A stretch of DNA of 10,949 bases from assembly GCF_000143415.4 (NCBI RefSeq), contig NW_003314372.1, positions 1-10,949 of the forward strand, in the 5' to 3' direction. The first letter of the stretch is position 1. Each line of letters opens with the position of its first letter. Below the pieces are notes generated by a model. It was not told the origin of the DNA. It searched no databases and saw only the letters and a program-made list of their open reading frames with translations. The DNA is from Selaginella moellendorffii (Eukaryota; Plantae; Lycopodiophyta). The position numbers and the translations under genes were made by a program. This document shows positions 7,114 through 10,949 of the stretch, piece by piece.

Positions 7114-10100
7114 GTATGAATGTATGTGAAACTGGATTTCTTTTTCGTGTGTGTGTAACCACCAACGTCCTGAAGTTTCAAAATAAAAATGATATTATGA
7201 AATATTTCGAATGGGGTTGAGGCTGTCAACTTTATAAGACCAACTTTAGCAAACTCTAAATCCAGATGTATGATATATTAGTTAATTGTCGACAGTATGT
7301 AAGATGATATTTTTTGGTATCTTTTTGCTAAAGGAATCCCAATGGAAATGAAAATAGCATAACTTAAGCTGAAAGGCATGTAATTAAAGTGTGATGAGTC
7401 AAATAATGATGGAGGTGTGGAAGTATCAGTAATGAATTGTAAAACTTGACAATTATGAAACAACTAAGCAAAAGGTGTAACACAATTGATTGAATTAGTA
7501 AAAGTTAACTACCCAAGACTTTTTATTAGGATAAAAAAGTTAAATATATATCCCACGAGGGGATAAATTGTTTATGTTGTGATATAGTAAGTCAAATGTC
7601 ATAAAGGGAAATGCTCATTTTCAAAGATTTTCATTATTAGGACACCTAAACACTCTAAAACAACAAAAAGTGGTGTTTAGTGTTATAAGGGCATTAAATA
7701 ACGCCCAAGGGACTAAGTCCCTAACGAATAATGGATAAAAAGTGTTATTCAATATTTAAAGTTGCGGAGACAAGAAAAATCCATCTATCTGGACAAAGCC
7801 AAAAAAGATTTTGGCAAGGCTAGTGACAGGTATATAAAGATATGTAAGTAACAATGTTAATCCCAATGTGTGGGATTACAAGGTGAGCATATCCGAATTG
7901 AGGAACCACTTCCAAAGGTATCGCATAGGTTCATCCCTAAGAATACTTATTAAGGCATGATAGAAAGTGCAAAGTTATCCTCTTAGTCTAGAGGAGAATA
8001 ACTGAAAGAAATGTTTAAGACCAAAAACAAGTAGTAAAGGGATAAAATTGAACTATAGTAATCGAAAAATAACCGAGAGTGGTTATGCAAGTTGGGAGTG
8101 AAGAATTAAGTGGGTGCTCGAAAGTGTTGTTATTGTCAACCATAATGCCATGGAAAGTTTAAGATATGGAATTGTTCATGTTAAACTGTATAGCAATTAA
8201 AAAGCTTGCAAAAGGAGAGGCTTTAGGAAATTAAAGGACAGAGTCCCTTCAAAGTTCTCAAAGACAATTTTAGGTAGATTAGTACCTAAAAAGACAAATA
8301 TAAATAGTTCATAGAATGCAAGAAATCAAAGTGGTACAGTAGAAGTGTGGTTATTGAAGCTTGCCATGAGGTGAGGCTATAAGGTTGAGGAAATAGTTTT
8401 TGAGTGTTCAAAGAATGGCTTTGAATGAAACTCAATAGTTAAGGACTTTCATGCTTATGCATGAAACCATGTTACACTAATCAGATGGCTTGCTAAGCGA
8501 GATTAGCAAATCAGGGGAACAAAGACCCTAGTTGAAGGTGTTGACTTCAAAAGGGGTGGCCCATAGGGCCAAGTATAGACAAATCCATGCATGATCATAA
8601 ATTTGTTAAGTGAGAAGATTTGGTAGTTTAGAGGAAGTAAGTTCTTAAGTTGTGATCCATAAACCGTTTTAGGTATAAGTTGGTGCATCAATATAGGGAA
8701 TCATGCCAGGCATCATATGTGATGCCATTCGTAGATGCATATATGGAGGTTAAATTTGAGTCCCAACCCTATAGTGCTTGGGTTCGAGTCTTAAATCAAT
8801 AGGGCATAGTAATGGTTTGGAATATGAGGACACTTATTTTTCGGTGGTCATAGACTTTTAATAAAGAGACTAGTTTGGGCACACCGCCAAACAAGGGATG
8901 CCCCAAAGTTGTGATGCACAGTTAGATTGCTTAATGTGAAAGCTTAGCATATATAACTTAAACACCTTGATGCAAGTGGCACCAAGGACGTGGTGAATGA
9001 GATAGGGACATCTAGTCTTAGTTGTTATGGACCCTTGGTTGAAAGGGCTGGCTTGCGTGCACTGGCAAGTGTGAAGAATGCCCCCGAGGTCATAGTCAAC
9101 AAGTTAAAGGTCTGGAAGACCTAATGCCTATTAGTAAACCTGTTAAGGTGTCAAAGTTAAATCACTAGATTATCTTATGGCTAAACAAGGATAAAGTCCT
9201 TGTGAATTTTCTAGTTCAAAGTGTTGATTTGAACTATTGGTAATCGTATGGCTTGGTCAAAGTGACCAAGTGAGAAAGACACCTAAAGGAACTGAATTGT
9301 AACAATACAATAGTATGGTGAGTCCAAGAAAATAGTCCCTAAGAAAAAGACTTATGGGTAGGTCTCATGAATAGAGCCCAAATGTTAAAGATACCTATTA
9401 TGGGTAAACACCCTCTAGACTTGGCAAAGCAGAGCTTTTGCTATGAAATGAAAAAGATATCTCAAGGATGGAGGTAGTGATTTTATGTTGCATGGTGCAA
9501 CAATCAAAGGATAGGAGCAAAAGATTAGTGGCTGAGATTAGGCCATAGAAATCATTAGAAGGAATCTAAATAGAAAATTTAAGCAATGCTAATGAATTGT
9601 GGGAAAATAAATATGTTTCCAAGGATGAATTCCTAAATGCTCCAATTTGGCGAAGGTAAAAGCTTTAAAATATATGAAGTGGTAAAGTAGCTAAATGATA
9701 GGGCCATGGATAGGCCTAGTATGAGTTATGGATAAGTGGAACTTAGTGCTAACGGTGGCATAAAATGAAAGAGAAGATGATGATGGCCTCTAGTAAAGAA
9801 CTTCCTATAACCGGTGCAATACAAAGTGTCAGACACACATAGGAAATTGACTCGAGATGTCAATATTAAAGCTCTAGAGTGCAATGGTTATGTTAGTAGA
9901 AGCTGAGACTACTCTTGAATGACTAGTAAAATTGAAAACAAGTTTAGCATGAACTAAATAAACAAAAAAAAGGGGGGGAAGGACCACCATCAGTGGTCTA
10001 ATGAGTCTTTAAGTTGGAAAGACTATGCTCTTTAGAGGATAGACAAAGCATAGTGAGCCTTTGGTGTCAAACCATTGATAGATATTGGTTGGGTGCCAAA

Positions 10101-10423
10101 GATGAAAAGTGGTAATCCATGATAGGTTACTTTATAAAATGGTTTATCATTCAATGAGGATATTGAGCTTCATTTATAGGTGGTGGAATTATGAGACATA
10201 AATCCCTAATCCCCAAAGTAGAGCCGAAAGGGTGCCACATGGTGGTGGCCAACGCAGAAGCTAAACGAACGTAACATGTTTGGACTAAAAGCTTTGATTT
10301 GAAAAGTCGAAAGCAAGAGTGGAACTCCCAACAAAGGGCTTTAGGAATAAGCATGAACAAGCAATAAGTGAGTCTCTAGAAAGTGGACATAAAAGGACTA
10401 ACACATGACACGTGGAAGAGTTT

Positions 10424-10746
10424 GAGATGGAGTCTAAGATGGACCTAAGATGGACCCGAGATGGAGTCTAAGATGGACCCGAGATGGAGTCTGAGATGCA
10501 TCCGAGATGGACCCAAGATGGACCCGAAATGGAGTTCGAGATGGAGCCGGAGATGGACCCGAGATGAAGTCCAAGATGGAGTCTGAGTGGACCTGAGATG
10601 GAGTTTGAGATGGACTTGAGATGGAGTCTAAGATGGACCTGAGATGGAGTCCGAGATGGACTCGAGATGAACCCGTGATAGAGACCGAGACTAGAACTAA
10701 GACCGAGTTTGAGTCCAAGTTTGAGTCCGAGTCCGAGTCCAAATCT
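10424..10746 (+). repeat. Minisatellite of 11/12-bp units (RAGATGGACCY / GAGATGGAGTCY) grading into GAGTCC-like hexamers
   Basis: About 20 units over 10424-10675, then gagacc gagact agaact aagacc gagttt gagtcc aagttt gagtcc gagtcc gagtcc over 10681-10746. Confidence 0.9.
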
Positions 10747-10949
10747 ACAAGTTGTGGGGTGAAAGCCCAAAGTGATTGTCCCCTAGGGGGCCTGTAGAGG
10801 TTTCAAAAGTATAGTAGGCAGAATGTGAGGTTACACTCTAATGGAACTAATTTAGCTAGAAAAGGCTAGTGTGGCCCAAAAATGCTATACCCATGTGTTG
10901 GGTGATGATATAACCACTTGGGAGGTCAACGAGCCAGTTGCTTGACACT

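Noticed and set aside
9959-9983. A8G7 purine run as a polypurine tract
   Set aside because: No adjacent TG-starting LTR or recognisable upstream integrase.
7200-10420. Possible decayed LINE or other retroelement on the minus strand (LGIRDL near 10200, LTKPYD near 9250)
   Set aside because: Only isolated weak motifs in an inconsistent order, with no recognisable RT core. It needs a profile search.
10434-10770. Ser/Gly/Leu-rich ORFs as a second precursor peptide
   Set aside because: They arise from the minisatellite. The 11-bp units break frame, and there is no signal peptide or Tyr/Trp core.

Overview
Plant genomic DNA. The 50-70 bp GT-AG introns suggest a compact genome such as the lycophyte Selaginella (inference). 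Between decayed Ty3/gypsy remnants (1-3370) and AT-rich degenerate DNA with a minisatellite (7200-10949) lies a 3.4 kb island of three genes. They are a stand-alone secreted BURP-domain protein (minus, 4717-3752, full CH-CH-CH-CH-W signature but split by several frameshifts), a clavaminate-synthase-like/TauD Fe(II)-2OG dioxygenase (minus, 3 exons, 5835/5894-4846), and a divergently transcribed secreted tandem-repeat peptide (plus, 6464-7113) whose variable cassettes end in Tyr (APLFY, APLLY, SLFFY, SLFIY, VLLLY). Together these look like a split burpitide (plant RiPP) gene cluster for cyclopeptide alkaloids: precursor, Cu-dependent cyclase, and a candidate oxidative decarboxylase for the C-terminal styrylamine. 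The reading-frame breaks in all three genes are indels rather than nonsense substitutions, so this is either a recently damaged copy or an error-prone assembly.
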